A stretch of DNA of 64,000 nucleotides from the human T2T-CHM13v2.0 reference genome, Homo sapiens. A program made the position numbers and the translations under genes. The stretch lies in the NCBI RefSeq assembly GCF_009914755.1, contig NC_060931.1; one strand, written 5' to 3'. The notes beneath the pieces are model-generated. The model saw only the letters and a list, made by a program, of their open reading frames with translations. It did no database searches and had not been told where the DNA came from. Positions within the stretch are counted from its first letter, which is position 1. Each line of letters begins with the position of its first letter. Below are positions 1 through 11,985 of this stretch, one piece after another.

Positions 1-916
1 TGTGGAGTGCAAGGGCCTGTGTGGGAATGTGTCTGTGTATGACTGTGTGGCTATGTGTAGTGTGTGTGACTGTGTAGCTGTGTGGAATGTGTATGTGCAA
101 CTGTGTGGGAGTGCATGTCTGTGTGACTGTGTGACTGTGTGGCTGTGTGAAGTGTGTGTGGCTGTGTGCGTGACTATGTAACCATGTGTGGCTGTGTGGC
201 CATATGTGACTGTGTGACCAGGTGTGACTGTGTGGCCACGTGTGACTGTGTGACTGTGTGTGACTGTGTGACCGTGTGGAGTGTGTGTGACTGTGTAACC
301 ATGTGTGACTGTGTGGCCATATGTGACTGTGTGACTGTGTGTGACTGCGTGTGACTGTGTGGCCACGTGTGACTGTGTGACCACATTTGACTGTGTGGCC
401 GTGTGTGACTGTGTGTGACTGTGTGACTGTGTGTGACTGTGTGACCACATGGAGTGTGTGTGACTGTGTAACTATGTGTGATTGTGTGGCCATATGTGAC
501 TGTGTGACCGCGTGTGACTGTGTGACTGTGACTGTGTGGCCGTCACTGTTACCACATGTGACTGTGTGGCCCTGTGTGACTGTGTGACCGTGTGTGACTG
601 TGACCGCGTGTGACTGTGTGGCCACGTGTGACTGTGTGACTGTGTGTGACTGTGTAACCGCGTGTGACTGTGTGGCCGCGTGTGACTGTGTGACCGTGTG
701 ACTGTGTGACTGTGTGGCCACGTGTGACTGTGTGACCGCGTGTGACGTGTGGCCGCGTGTGACTGTGTGGCCGCGTGTGACTGTGTGACCGCGTGTGACT
801 GTGTGACCGTGTGTGACTGTGTGACCGCGTGTGACTGTGTGACCGCGTGTGACTGTGTGGCCACGTGTGACTGTGTGACTGTGTGACTGTGTGGAGTGTG
901 TGTGACTGTGTAACCA
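1..916. repeat. Degenerate TG-rich simple repeat (TGTGAC/TGTGGCC words), probably continuing left of the window
   Basis: Continuous tgtgactgtg / tgtggccacg words; translations are Cys/Val/Asp/Thr or Ser/His/Thr repeats only. Confidence 0.95.
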
Positions 917-2800
917 TGTCCAGGCAGGGTGTGGGAGTGGAGAGGGTACGGGACGGGAGCTGCAGACAACATCCGAGCCGGCCGAAGCCCACAGAGCAGG
1001 CCCCGTGTTGGGGGGAAGTTGGAATTTAGGGAGTGGTGCTGGATTCTGGACAGTGGATGACCCGATGCTGACGCTGGCACCTGATCACTCACAGCCGCCA
1101 CCAGGCAGCATCCAGAGCCTCCAGCGTTTTCACCCAGTGGGTTGCTGCTGCTCAGCAGTCAGGGGGACAGGTTGTTTCTTCCTGGTCTCAGGCCACAGGA
1201 CCCCTGAAGAGGAGCCCCGTCCTCAGACCCCTCCAGGAGCCAGAAGTGTTTCTTCTTGGAGAGGTGAGGGGCTGGGCGCCCTCTCAGGCAGTGCCCAGGG
1301 AGAAGCACCGGCGGGGGCTGGAGCCACCACCTCACCGCCTGCCTGCCCCCTCCTCCTCTCTCAACGTCCAGTCTGCAGGGCAACCTGCAATTCACAACGG
1401 CCGCTGCCTGGCCTGGGAGCTCTGCAGTGCCTTCTGCTGGAAGTGCCAGCCGTGTCCGCCCTGCACTCGCTCCCAGCACAGGGCAGAGGCGGTCGCAGAG
1501 CTGCATGATCTACTTTTAAGTTCTGTGAAAGTCCTTCTGCAGTAACAGTTCATGCGCTGGCCACGATGGCAGCAAGGGCAGCTTTAAGTTAATTCAGGCT
1601 GTTTTTGGAACAGGCTATGGGGTCTTGAAAGCTTCTTCACCGCCTTCACTCCCCACACGCTCCCTGTCACTGGCTGAACATCGGTGAAGAGACAAAACTG
1701 TGAACGAGGACATTATCTAAAGTGCAGAGCCCCACATGGTGGGAAGCTCAAATGCTCACTAACAGGTCGGCCTTCCTTTTCCTGATAGTTTTTCAAACTT
1801 ACCGTATTGTACGTGGCTTTAAGTGAAACTTGAGTGAAGGATCCTCCCCTTCCCACCCCACCCGCAGGTGATGATTTTGAAAAGCTCCCCCAAAGGAACC
1901 CTAAATTAGTCTTAAACACACACACAAATCTATCTGAGGCAGGGAAACTGCCCATTAAGGGCCAGTAATTACCCGAGGCTGCTGGGGTGCCTGCCTGGAA
2001 GGGCCCCCACCACGGGGCCTTTGTGCTTCCTGGCCTGGCGGACTCTGAGGCTCATGCATTATTCAGGAGCACGTGGGACAATAAGGAAGCCTTCCATAGA
2101 AAGAGAAGCAAAGCTGGGGGTAAATAAAGGTTGCTTGAGAAACACTACTATTTTTTCTACATTTATGAAAATATTGCAGCGTTCGGGGTGCTGGGGACGT
2201 CCTCTCTGGTTATCAGGAGAACACCCTGGATTCTGCGCTTTCCTTCCTGCGGGCCTGCAGCCTGCAGGGGCCCACAGGACAGCATACAGTACCCCGGGGA
2301 CTGTGTCTTTTTTCCTCCCTCCTCTCCCTTTCTCTCCCCCATAATGCAAAGCTTTGTCAAGCTAATACTTTAAGGATCAACATCAAAATTGGAACTTTCT
2401 CTTTCTATAGCCACATCCAATTGAAAGTATCTTAGACCTCCCAGTGGCTTCCCTTTCGGGGAGGCCTGGCTGTCAGAGCACTGGAACCATGCATCCATTT
2501 TAAATAACAGGAAGGTCCCCAACCCATACACAACATTAGAAACGGCATTATTTGCTGGCCCCTTTGTGCGTGGGGCTGTGAATCGGTGCTGCTGCATCAC
2601 ATGGTCAAACCAGGCCTCCTCCACACATTCCTGCTTTATGGGGTCATTTCAGCGCGCTCCAATCAGCCGCCTCGTCCACCTGACCATCTCTTGATTACTG
2701 ATCTATCTGCTCTTATTTTCCCTGGGGGAAGGGAGGAGATTTAAAGTGCAAATGGTACAAAAGGGGCTCAAATGCCGCTTTGTGTGCAGATTCAGGAGAC

Positions 2801-3077
2801 TTTTTTTTTTTTTTTTTTTTTGAGACGGTGTCTCGCTCTGTCACCCAGGCTGGAGTGCAGTGGCATGATCTTGGCTCACCGCAACCTCCACCTCCCGTAT
2901 TCAAGTGATTCTCCTGCCTCAACCTCCTGAGTAGCTGGAATTACAGGCAGGCACCACCATGCCCAGCTAATTTTTGTATTTTTAGTAGAGATGGGGTTTC
3001 ACCATGTCGGTCAGGCTGGTTTCGAACTCCAGACCCTGTGATTCGCCCACCTCAGCCTCCCAAAGTGCTGGGATTAC
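2801..3077 (-). mobile_element. Alu SINE (AluS, Sg-like)
   Basis: Poly-T 2801-2821 followed by gagacggtgtctcgctctgtcacccaggctggagtgcagtgg...gctaatttttgtatttttagtagag...cctcccaaagtgctgggattac; the ~20 nt at the Alu 5' end are diverged or missing. Confidence 0.97.
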
Positions 3078-3584
3078 TTTCTCATCTGGCCTCACAAGGG
3101 CACGTTAAGAATCCTGTGCCCCTGTCTCCGCCACAGTGCACACCCAGCCCTTTGATTTCAGATCAGAGGGAATGGAATCTCCAAGGAACTTCACATAGGA
3201 AACCCAACAGCACCAAATGCTTTCTAACTATTCTTGGGAAAGAGGCAAGGCACAAGTAAATTAAATATATTAACAAGTCGGAGTAAAGGGTAGAGTGATT
3301 AGGAATATCTTCCTCAGAGAAGGGATGTGACAGCCCAATCCACACCGCAGACACAGATCCATTGGACCCGGCCTCCTCCCATCTCTAAAGTCATGCTCTG
3401 TGAACATCGTTATGACAGTGAAAACCACGACTTTTCCCCTGTAAAATTAAATGTCACTCTTGATAGCATAATATCTGAAACATCATCTTCCCAAGTCCAC
3501 ACCAATACTTTACACAGAAAATTAAACTCTCTCTGTTTATTGAGTGGATAATGTAGCCTTCAAATGTGTGAGAACCCCTGCTAG

Positions 3585-3775
3585 GTGAGAAATTACAAAA
3601 GCTGTACCATAAAGCCTAATGGTATGTATGAAATACACAAAAAGGTAACCTAATTGGTAATCAGAAATCATAAAACTAATCATGCAATTAATGTCTTCAA
3701 AAGCAAGCATTTGAGGTGTGTATAATTACAAGAAAACAATGCAATGGTGGTTTCCAGCATTAATGAATTAATTGT
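3585..3775. promoter_or_regulatory. Candidate enhancer / conserved-noncoding-like AT-rich island
   Basis: Dense TAAT/ATTA cores (cctaatgg, ctaattgg, caattaat, taatta, cattaatgaattaattg), ccataaa/tcataaaa and SOX-like aacaatg in unique AT-rich sequence; motif-based only. Confidence 0.45.
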
Positions 3776-4420
3776 GGTGGTAGGGGGGCCGGCGTGGGGG
3801 TTTATGGGCTGGTTTCAGTCCATGCCCACTGCCTGGCTGTGCGTTCTCTGCCTTCCTCCACCTGGAGCTCCTCAGCAAAGGACTGTGCCTCTGAGCCTCC
3901 CCTGGAGAAGTCAAGAGGTCCCCTCCTTCCAGACCCAACTTCCCCGGCCACTGACTGTCGGGATTCCCTGGGGGAGGGCAGGTGGAGAGACGGCTGGTGC
4001 AGAAAAACACAGAAGGCCCAGAGCCGCTCATTGAGTGCAGGTGTCGGAAAAAAATTTGGGAACACACATTAACCTACGCAACTCTCTTGCTTTCTTTCCA
4101 GCGTGCCACACAATATCATGATACTTACGGTTCTATGATTCACACTCGCAGTTTCGAAGGAAACCTCTGCTCTGTGCTGATTATTCCAGGACCAAGGCTT
4201 AATGCGTGGGATGTTAATTTGCTGATAGAAAGGGGAGGAGGAACAGGTCGGGGCTGCATGGCATTCCTTCCAGACAACTGGAGCAAACAGGGCTCCACAT
4301 TGGGGTCCTTTCGATGTGGTGCCGTCACCAGTGCCACCCCACTGCAGGCACCGGGAGCTCTTCCACGGAGAGGAAAGGTGCAGAGAAAGACTCTGACCCC
4401 CTGCACGGAGGAGGGGGCGG

Positions 4421-4548
4421 CGCAGGCCCCTCCACGTCGTGGGTGTGGAACGCAGGCCCCTCCACGTCGTGGATGTGGAACGCAGGCCCCTCCACATCGT
4501 GGGTGTGGAATGCAGGCCCCTCCACGTCGTGGGTGTGGAACGCAGGCC
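4421..4548. repeat. Minisatellite, 30-bp unit, ~4.3 copies
   Basis: Unit cgcaggcccctccacgtcgtgggtgtggaa. Confidence 0.95.
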
Positions 4549-5722
4549 TTTTGAACATAGGAGTGTGCAAGCCCCACACACAGGAGGTGGTGTGCAGCAC
4601 GTGTCTCTGCAGGAAAGGGAACAGGAGGGACTGGCCTTGGCGGGTGGTGAGACGGCCACACACTCTCTGAAGGAGATTCTACATTCCCACTTCTCTGTAG
4701 AAGCCGTCCAGGCCCCAGCCCCATCCCCAGCCTGCACCCTCCAGGCAGCTGAAGGCCTGGGCACAGCTAGCGAGGCCACTGGCGTGTGGGAGATGGAGGA
4801 CAGTGGGGAGAAGAAAGAACACTAGAGCTGAAATTCGAGGAAGAAACCGGACATCTGGGGCAGAGGAACGACCCAAAGCCACTGAGGAAACTGCCAGGTG
4901 AGGGCCAGGAGGAGAGGGTGAGGCTGACACGGGGACAGGAGCCCAGCGTGACCAGCCTGGGGTCCTGAAGCAATGCTCTAGAAAGAGAAGGCCTTCCACA
5001 GCACGACCCCAGGGTGGTGATGAGGGCACACTGCTGGAGATGAAGAAAGCATTATTACTCCTCCACTTCTAGTACGAGAGGCTTGTTCACGTCCTAAGTT
5101 GCTCTGTGTTCCCGGCAACGTACCCGGCACTGAGTTCTCAGGACTGGTGCAGGTCAGCGGCTCCGCAGGGGTGAGCTGGGCGCTGCCTGCATCTGACGAG
5201 ATAGCAGTATGTTAGCATCTGTGGTGTTCTGTCTACCGCAGAGTCCTGTGAGCCTCCGGGTGCTCGTGTCCGTGCACTGTGACGGCCTTTGTCTCTTTTG
5301 TTTTGTTATTTCAGGGGCGTTTTTCTTATTCTGGCCTGTGGGAAGATGCCCTGGAGCCCTGGACACTGGTTTTCCAGCAAACCCTACAGATCGGTTGGGA
5401 TCCACCTGGTGACACCTGCCTTATCTTCCAGGGTTTGCCCTTGGTGTAGAGATAGACAAAGGGAGAGGTGAGCACAAGGTCACAGGGACGCAGCCCTGAC
5501 CTCACGTTGGTCCACGACGGGCAGAGAGCAACTTGGATGGCTGCCTTTGTTGTTTTTCAAATGGACTATTTTATTCCTAGAAAAAGATACACAGGCTAAT
5601 GTAATGAATACACTAGCACCCTTAGCCAGCTGTAGGAAAAAAATGCATGGCAGATACTCGATGGCCTTTCTGTCCTCCCTGCACCACCCAGAGGACATAC
5701 ACAGAGTGATCCGCCCTCTTTT

Positions 5723-5963
5723 CCCTGGTGAATCACGCAGCCTAACTCACCATGTTCCCGGCCACGCCACAGTGAATCACGCAGCCTAACTCACCAGGTT
5801 ACTGGCCTAACTCACCATGTTCCCGGCCATACCCCAGTGAACCACACAGCCTAACTCACCATGTTCCCGACCACACCCTGGTGAACCACGCAGCCTAACT
5901 CAGCATGTTCCCGGCCACATCCCGGTGAACCATGCAGCCTAACTCACCACGTTCCCGGCCACA
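5723..5963. repeat. Minisatellite, ~44-bp unit, ~5 copies
   Basis: Unit gtgaaYcacgcagcctaactcaccatgttcccggccac..., with one partial unit. Confidence 0.9.
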
Positions 5964-5964
5964 C

Positions 5965-6545
5965 AGGGCCAAGAACAGCCCAGGCAATGTTAAGGAGCAT
6001 TGCATGGAGGAGCCACTTGCAGATGCGGTAACCCACTGTGCGGCACAGAACCTCCCCGCGGGGCAGGTGGGTGCACAGGAAAGAAACCAACATGGAGCTG
6101 AGGCCCCAGAGAGGTCCCTGTGCTCATGACTCACAGAGACGGGGACGGCAGCAAGGACACAGCAGGGCCATGGGCAGAGGAAGGACAAGCAACGTGGGGC
6201 CATGGGGAGGGACGGAAGACAGAAGTGGATCCCGGCTCTCCACAAAACACAAAAATTAACCCCAGGCAGATTAAAGCCTAAATGGGGGGAAAAAACCTGT
6301 AAATGTTTTGAAGAAAACATTTGAGCCTCTCTGAACTCAGGGCAGAAAACAGTTTCCTCAAATCCTTTCCTCAAACAACACAAACTACGGAGGAAGGGAG
6401 TGGTAAAATTTGATCAAATCAAGTGAAGCAGCTTCTGTGCTTCAAGAAACACTATTAAAAAGTGGGAAAAGGTGGGGGTGAGCCACGCGCCAGGAAGCGA
6501 GATTCACGGCACCTCTGTCAGATGAAAGGGCTGGGTCTGCGTCCA
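5965..6545 (+). mobile_element. Ancient L1 (L1M-type) ORF2 3' fragment
   Basis: cacaaaaattaaccccaggcagattaaagcctaaat, gaagaaaacat, cttctgtgcttcaagaaacactattaaaaag follow the order of the L1 ORF2 3' consensus; highly diverged. Confidence 0.65.
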
Positions 6546-7018
6546 GCCAGGCAATGAAGATGAGCCGCCAATATTCTAGGAAGAAAAGCGGGGGTGGGAG
6601 TCACCAAAACAAGTCTTCTGAAAACTGGCCAAGGTGTGATGTACGTTTGCATCCTAGGAAATTAAAGAGGTAAAAAAACCCATCTGGAAAACCAAGAGCT
6701 GCTTGATTCTATGAACCTAAGAACAGTCCGTTTCTCCTTCAGAGACGTATTGAGAGAACTCGGTATCATTATGAAATCTCTCAGGCCTCCAGGAAATGAC
6801 GCTCTAAAAATGCAAAGCTCTGAACCAACCACCGAGAAACACCCTTTCCCCTCCCCTGGGTGATACTGAGCTGCTGTGGGGCGTCCCCACAATTTTGGGG
6901 CCGGAACGGAGGGGGAACAGGCACCAGTTTGTCACTGCCCTGAGTGCGCTGCCCCAACACCCTGCCTGCTGCTGTCTGAGAGAAAATCGTGTCATGGATC
7001 ATCATCCCTGTGCTGCAG

Positions 7019-9133
7019 GTGTGTCTGATGTTTACAGAGACCTCTCTCGCTCCATCATGCGTGCCCGATGTCTACAGAGCCCTCTCTCACTCCATCATGC
7101 GTGCCCGATATCTACAGAGCCCTCTCTCACTCCATCATGCGTGCCCGATGTCTACAGAGCCCTCTCTCACTCCATCATGCGTGCCCGATATCTACAGAGC
7201 CCTCTCTCACTCCATCATGCGTGCCCGATGTCGACAGAGCCCTCTCTCACTCCATCACGTGTGCCCGATGTTTACAGAGCCCTCTCTGACTCCATCATGT
7301 GTGCCTGATGTTTACAGAGCCCTCTCTCACTCCTTCATGTGTGCCCAATGTTTACAGAGCCCTCTCTCACTCCTTCATGTGTGGCCAATGTTTACAGAGC
7401 CCTCCCTCACTACATCATGTGTGGCCGATGTTTACAGAGCCCTCTCTCATTACATCTTCTGTGCCCGATGTTTACAGAGCCCTCTCTGACTCCATCATGT
7501 GTGCCTGATGTTTACAGAGCCCTCTCTCACTCCATCATGCGTGCCCGATGTCTACAGAGCCCTCTCTCACTCCATCATGCGTGCCCGATGTCTACAGAGC
7601 CCTCTCTCACTCCATCATGCGTGCCCGATGTCTACAGAGCCCTCTCTCACTCCATCATGCGTGCCCGATGTCTACAGAGCCCTCTCTCACTCCATCATGC
7701 GTGCCCGATGTCTACAGAGCCCTCTCTCACTCCATCATGCGTGCCCGATGTCGACAGAGCCCTCTCTCACTCCATCACGTGTGCCCGATGTTTACAGAGC
7801 CCTCTCTCACTCCATCATGTGTGCCCGATGTTTACAGAGCCCTCTCTCACTCCTTCATGTGTGGCCAATGTTTACAGAGCCCTCCCTCACTACATCATGT
7901 GTGGCCGATGTTTACAGAGCCCTCTCTCATTACATCTTCTGTGCCCGATGTTTACAGAGCCCTCTCTGACTCTATCACGTGTGCCCAATGTTTACAGAGC
8001 CCTCTCTCACTCCATCAGGTGTGCCTGATGTCTACAAAGCCCTCTCTCACTCCATCATGCGTGCCCGATGTCTACAGAGCCCTCTCTCACTCCATCATGC
8101 ATGCCCGATGTCTACAGAGCCCTCTCTCACTCCATCATGCGTGCCCGATGTCTACAGAGCCCTCTCTCACTCCATCATGCGTGCCCGATGTCTACAGAGC
8201 CCTCTCTCACTCCATCATGTGTGCCCAATGTCTACAGAGCCCTCTCTCACTCTGTCATGCATGCCGGATGTTTACAGATGTTTACAGAGCCCTCTCTCAC
8301 TCCATCATGTGTGCCCAATGTCTACAGAGCCCTCTCTCACTCCATCATGCGTGCCCGATGTCTACAGAGCCCTCTCTCACTCCATCATGCGTGCCCGATG
8401 TCTACAGAGCCCTCTCTCACTCCATCATGTGTGCCCGATGTCTACAGAGCCCTCTCTCATTACATCATGTGTGCCCGATGTTTACAGAGCCCTCTCTCAT
8501 TACATCATGTGTGCCCGATGTCTACAGAGCCCTCTCTCACTCCATCATGTATGCCCGATGTTTACAGAGCCCTCTTTCATTACATCATGTGTGCCTGATG
8601 TTTACAGAGCCCTCTCTCATTACATCGTGTGTGCCTGATGTTTACAGAGCCCTCTCTCACTCCCTCATGGGTGCCGTATGTTTACAGATGTTTACAGAGC
8701 CCTCTTTCATTACATCATGTGTGCCTGATGTTTACAGAGCCCTCTCTCATTACATCGTGTGTGCCTGATGTTTACAGAGCCCTCTCTCACTCCCTCATGG
8801 GTGCCGTATGTTTACAGATGTTTATAGAGCCCTCTTTCATTACATCATGTGTGCCTGATGTTTACAGAGCCCTCTCTCATTACATCGTGTGTGCCTGATG
8901 TTTACAGAGCCCTCTCTCACTCCCTCATGGGTGCAGTATGTTTACAGATGTTTACAGAGCCCTCTTTCATTACATCATGTGTGCCCAATGTTTACAGAGC
9001 CCTCTCTCATTACATCATGTGTGCCTGATGTTTACAGAGCCCTCTCTCACTGCATCATGCGTGCCCAATGTTTACAGAGCCCTCTCTCACTCTGTCATGT
9101 GTGCCCGATATTTACGGAGCCCTCTCTCATTCC
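7019..9133. repeat. Minisatellite/VNTR, 40-bp unit, ~52 copies
   Basis: Unit gtgcccgatgtYtacagagccctctctcactccatcatgY; four 10-bp tttacagatg insertions in the right half. Confidence 0.99.
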
Positions 9134-9240
9134 GTTTGATTTGCACCACTGCTGTGAGATGGGCAACAGTTCCTGGCTTTACAGGCAACAAAATGCTCCC
9201 ACCAGTCAATGAAGCCACAGAGCTTGCCAGGAGTGAATGG
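9110..9240 (-). mobile_element. Probable MIR SINE fragment abutting the 40-bp VNTR
   Basis: tttgatttgcaccactgctgtgagatggg...ctttacaggcaacaaaatg...agccacagagct resembles the MIR reverse strand (tttgatcctcacaacaaccctgtgaggtagg...ttttacagatgaggaaactg...ggtcacacagct). Confidence 0.5.
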
Positions 9241-10134
9241 GGCCCCACCTGACAGAAATGACGGCTTCCGCGGGATCCCATGAAGGTTCTGTAAGCCAGA
9301 GCTGAAGTGAGTGGGGCCCCTGTCCGCAGGCTGCCACCTCTGGCAGGTCGTCCACAGGAACGCTTGTCCTGAATGGTGGCCCGCACCCTGCAGTGAGCCC
9401 ACGGCTATAGTGGTGCAGCCAGCAGCCCCGACGCCTCTGCAGTCCCAGACCCAGGGAAGCCCCGTGTGCACCACGGTGTGCCCTGGACCACTCACTTGGC
9501 CGCTGCCACCCTGGGAGGATCACAGGGGCTGCCTTCTGGACATATGTCAGGCTCTCACTGCCCCAATGAGAGGACTGGCTCTGGTCCTGATCCACAAGCT
9601 CTGAACCAATAGCGGGTCTTGGGATGACGTCTGCGGAGCCCCTCGGTCCCAGCGTGGCTGGCGTCCAGGACCCCAGCACCTCTACACCCAGGTCCTTCTC
9701 AGTTCCCACCGGCCGGGCTGACGCTGGTCTCCAGGGTGATGGAGCTGATTCTTCGGGTTTCCCTCAGCTCAGATCAAATTTAACACAGCAAGAGGACACC
9801 CACTGTTCCCACCGAAGAGGCAGAAAGCTGGAGTTCGCAGTGCCTTTCTCCCCCAGGCTGGGATGGAGGAGGCAGCATGAGGCCACCGTCATTCCCAGTG
9901 TGTGAGCTGGGGCCATCCGGAAGTTGCGATTCATGTCAGACACGACGGGGCCGAGGCTCATGTGGGTGTGCGTCCTCTCAGGGTCACACCTCAGCAAGGA
10001 AGCTCAGCAGAAGGTCTCCCAGGTCCCTGAGCCACCGTTCCTCTGACTGCTTGTACCCTTCCCGAGATGCTGCTGCAGCCCCACGCCACTCAGAGTGACC
10101 AGTCTGGGCCAACCCCTGGGTTCTGACAAGATGT

Positions 10135-10440
10135 GCTGTTTAGGACTAAATTCAGCTGCATATAACAGAAAACTTCTGACAAGGTTGGTGTGAACACCTG
10201 AGGCTTTTCTTCCCTCCCACACAAAACCCATCTAAATGGGCAGTCTGGGTCCCGCATCCTGGCCAGGGACATTTACGGGAACCACATCAGCCTAGGATCC
10301 ACTATCCAGGTGGCCGTCATTTCCCATCAAGAAGCCTTTCTGCCCAGAGTACTGTACAGCCACAGCTCATGGCCAGGTCTCACTCAGTGACCACATCTAA
10401 GCACAGGGGAGGCCAAACGTGTTATTTTAGCTAAACTTAG
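10135..10440 (-). mobile_element. Old MaLR LTR fragment (MLT1J/K-like)
   Basis: ttaggactaaattcagctgcatataacagaaaac ... gggcagtctggg ... tcatggccaggtctcactcagtgaccacatctaagcacaggggaggc match recalled MLT1J/K landmarks. Confidence 0.55.
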
Positions 10441-10802
10441 GGTTCGATCACCATGGAGGAGGGGAAGACGGCACAGACCCTTCACCGCTGGCCCTGATGG
10501 CAGCTGGGGCCCGTGTGTGCCGTGCCCTGGGGACGACATGAGATAGCCAGGCTCCCCGTCCCTCAGGGATGGTCTTCCAAGGATTGGAGCATCTTACACG
10601 TTTTTTATTTCAGTTTATACCACTTTCTACTCATATGCTTTTGGTTTAAATAAATTGCCAGATCAAATTTGCTTGAAAATCTTTTATGGGAGGAAAAGAG
10701 AACATTCATAACAAACAGAGCTCAGGTTATCCCCTCTCCACCCAACACCAGCATTTCCAGGCCTTTGAGGAACTGGGGAGAAACATGATGTGGTCAGATT
10801 CC

Positions 10803-11063
10803 AAATTTCCGAAGTGCGGAGCCTCAGGCTCACATAAGGGATCCCAGGTCTCCGAATTTCCGACATGGGGTGCCTCAGGCTCGCGTAAGGGATCCCAGGT
10901 CTCCGAATTTCCGACGTGGGGTGCCTCAGGCTCGCGTAAGGGATCCCAGGTCTCCGAATTTCCATTTCCGACGTGGGGTGCCTCAGGCTCGCGTAAGGGA
11001 TCCCAGGTATCCGAATTTCCGACGTGGGGTGCCTCACGCTCGCATAAGGGATCCCAGGTCTCC
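10803..11063. repeat. Minisatellite, 51-bp unit, ~5 copies
   Basis: Unit gaatttccgacgtggggtgcctcaggctcgcgtaagggatcccaggtctcc; one unit has a 6-bp insertion. Confidence 0.97.
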
Positions 11064-11714
11064 CGGGGCCTGGTGTGTGCACCACAGACTACATATTCCA
11101 CAAGGAAGCTGTGAGAAAGAAGCACAGACAGTCCTGCACCATCTCACATCCACCAAATCCAGAATTCTCCTTTCTCAAACCATCCACAGACTAACTTATT
11201 CAGCTCCCCACAATATGAGTCTGTTTTGAGGCCAGGGGGTGGGTCCTGGACCCTCCAATTCCTTGACAGACAAAAGGTGTAGAATAGCCTGGGATTCCAG
11301 GTTCCTGGGAGTCCTGCAGGGCAGGTGCAGGCTGGGGCATGGAGGCGGAAGCTTCTTCACACCACAAGCGGCCACGGTAGAGTTGACGGGAGAAACCAAC
11401 TTTAAATTCATGCGGGATCAGGAATGCTGTGCCACATCAATGTGTAAAATACAATCTTCATGTGGGAGAACGAATGGTCATCTCTGAAATATGCTTTGCA
11501 AATTAGGATTTTTCAGATCTTCCCTATTCTTGGTTTACCCAAAGCAAAGCGAGTTCTTGCTGGGGTGAAGGGTGGAAGAGAAAAGCAGCGGAATGGGCGG
11601 GCTGTCGAACAAAAGGCGGCGAGGGAGGTACCGTGCAGAGCCTGCTGGGCCTTCTGTCCCATGGCCCCGCACACCGGACTCACCCAGCCTCCAGCCGCTC
11701 CTGTGCCTTTCTGC

Positions 11715-11985
11715 CTAATAAATATCTGTGATAATTACCAACCCCCAAAAAGGGTTCTCTAACGAGGGTGCATTTTATCAGTCCCTTAACGAGGCTGTTT
11801 GGGTTCCTGCCTCCTATAGAGTGGCGGTTAATGCTTAATCAGCAAATGCACTGTTTAAATAATAACAAGAATATCAGCAGAGAATCTAAATTATCCCTTA
11901 ACTTCTCAAAATAATCATAACAGGCATTTGAACATTCATACAAATATGGCTCATGAATAAAAATGCGCTTTCTTTAATACAAATA
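11715..11985. promoter_or_regulatory. Candidate enhancer / conserved-noncoding-like AT-rich island
   Basis: gataattac, two taacgagg, ttttatc, gttaatgcttaatc, gtttaaataataacaa in unique AT-rich sequence; motif-based only. Confidence 0.4.

Noticed and set aside
154-1101. Cys-rich metallothionein- or keratin-associated-like ORFs
   Set aside because: TG-repeat translation yields Cys/Val automatically.
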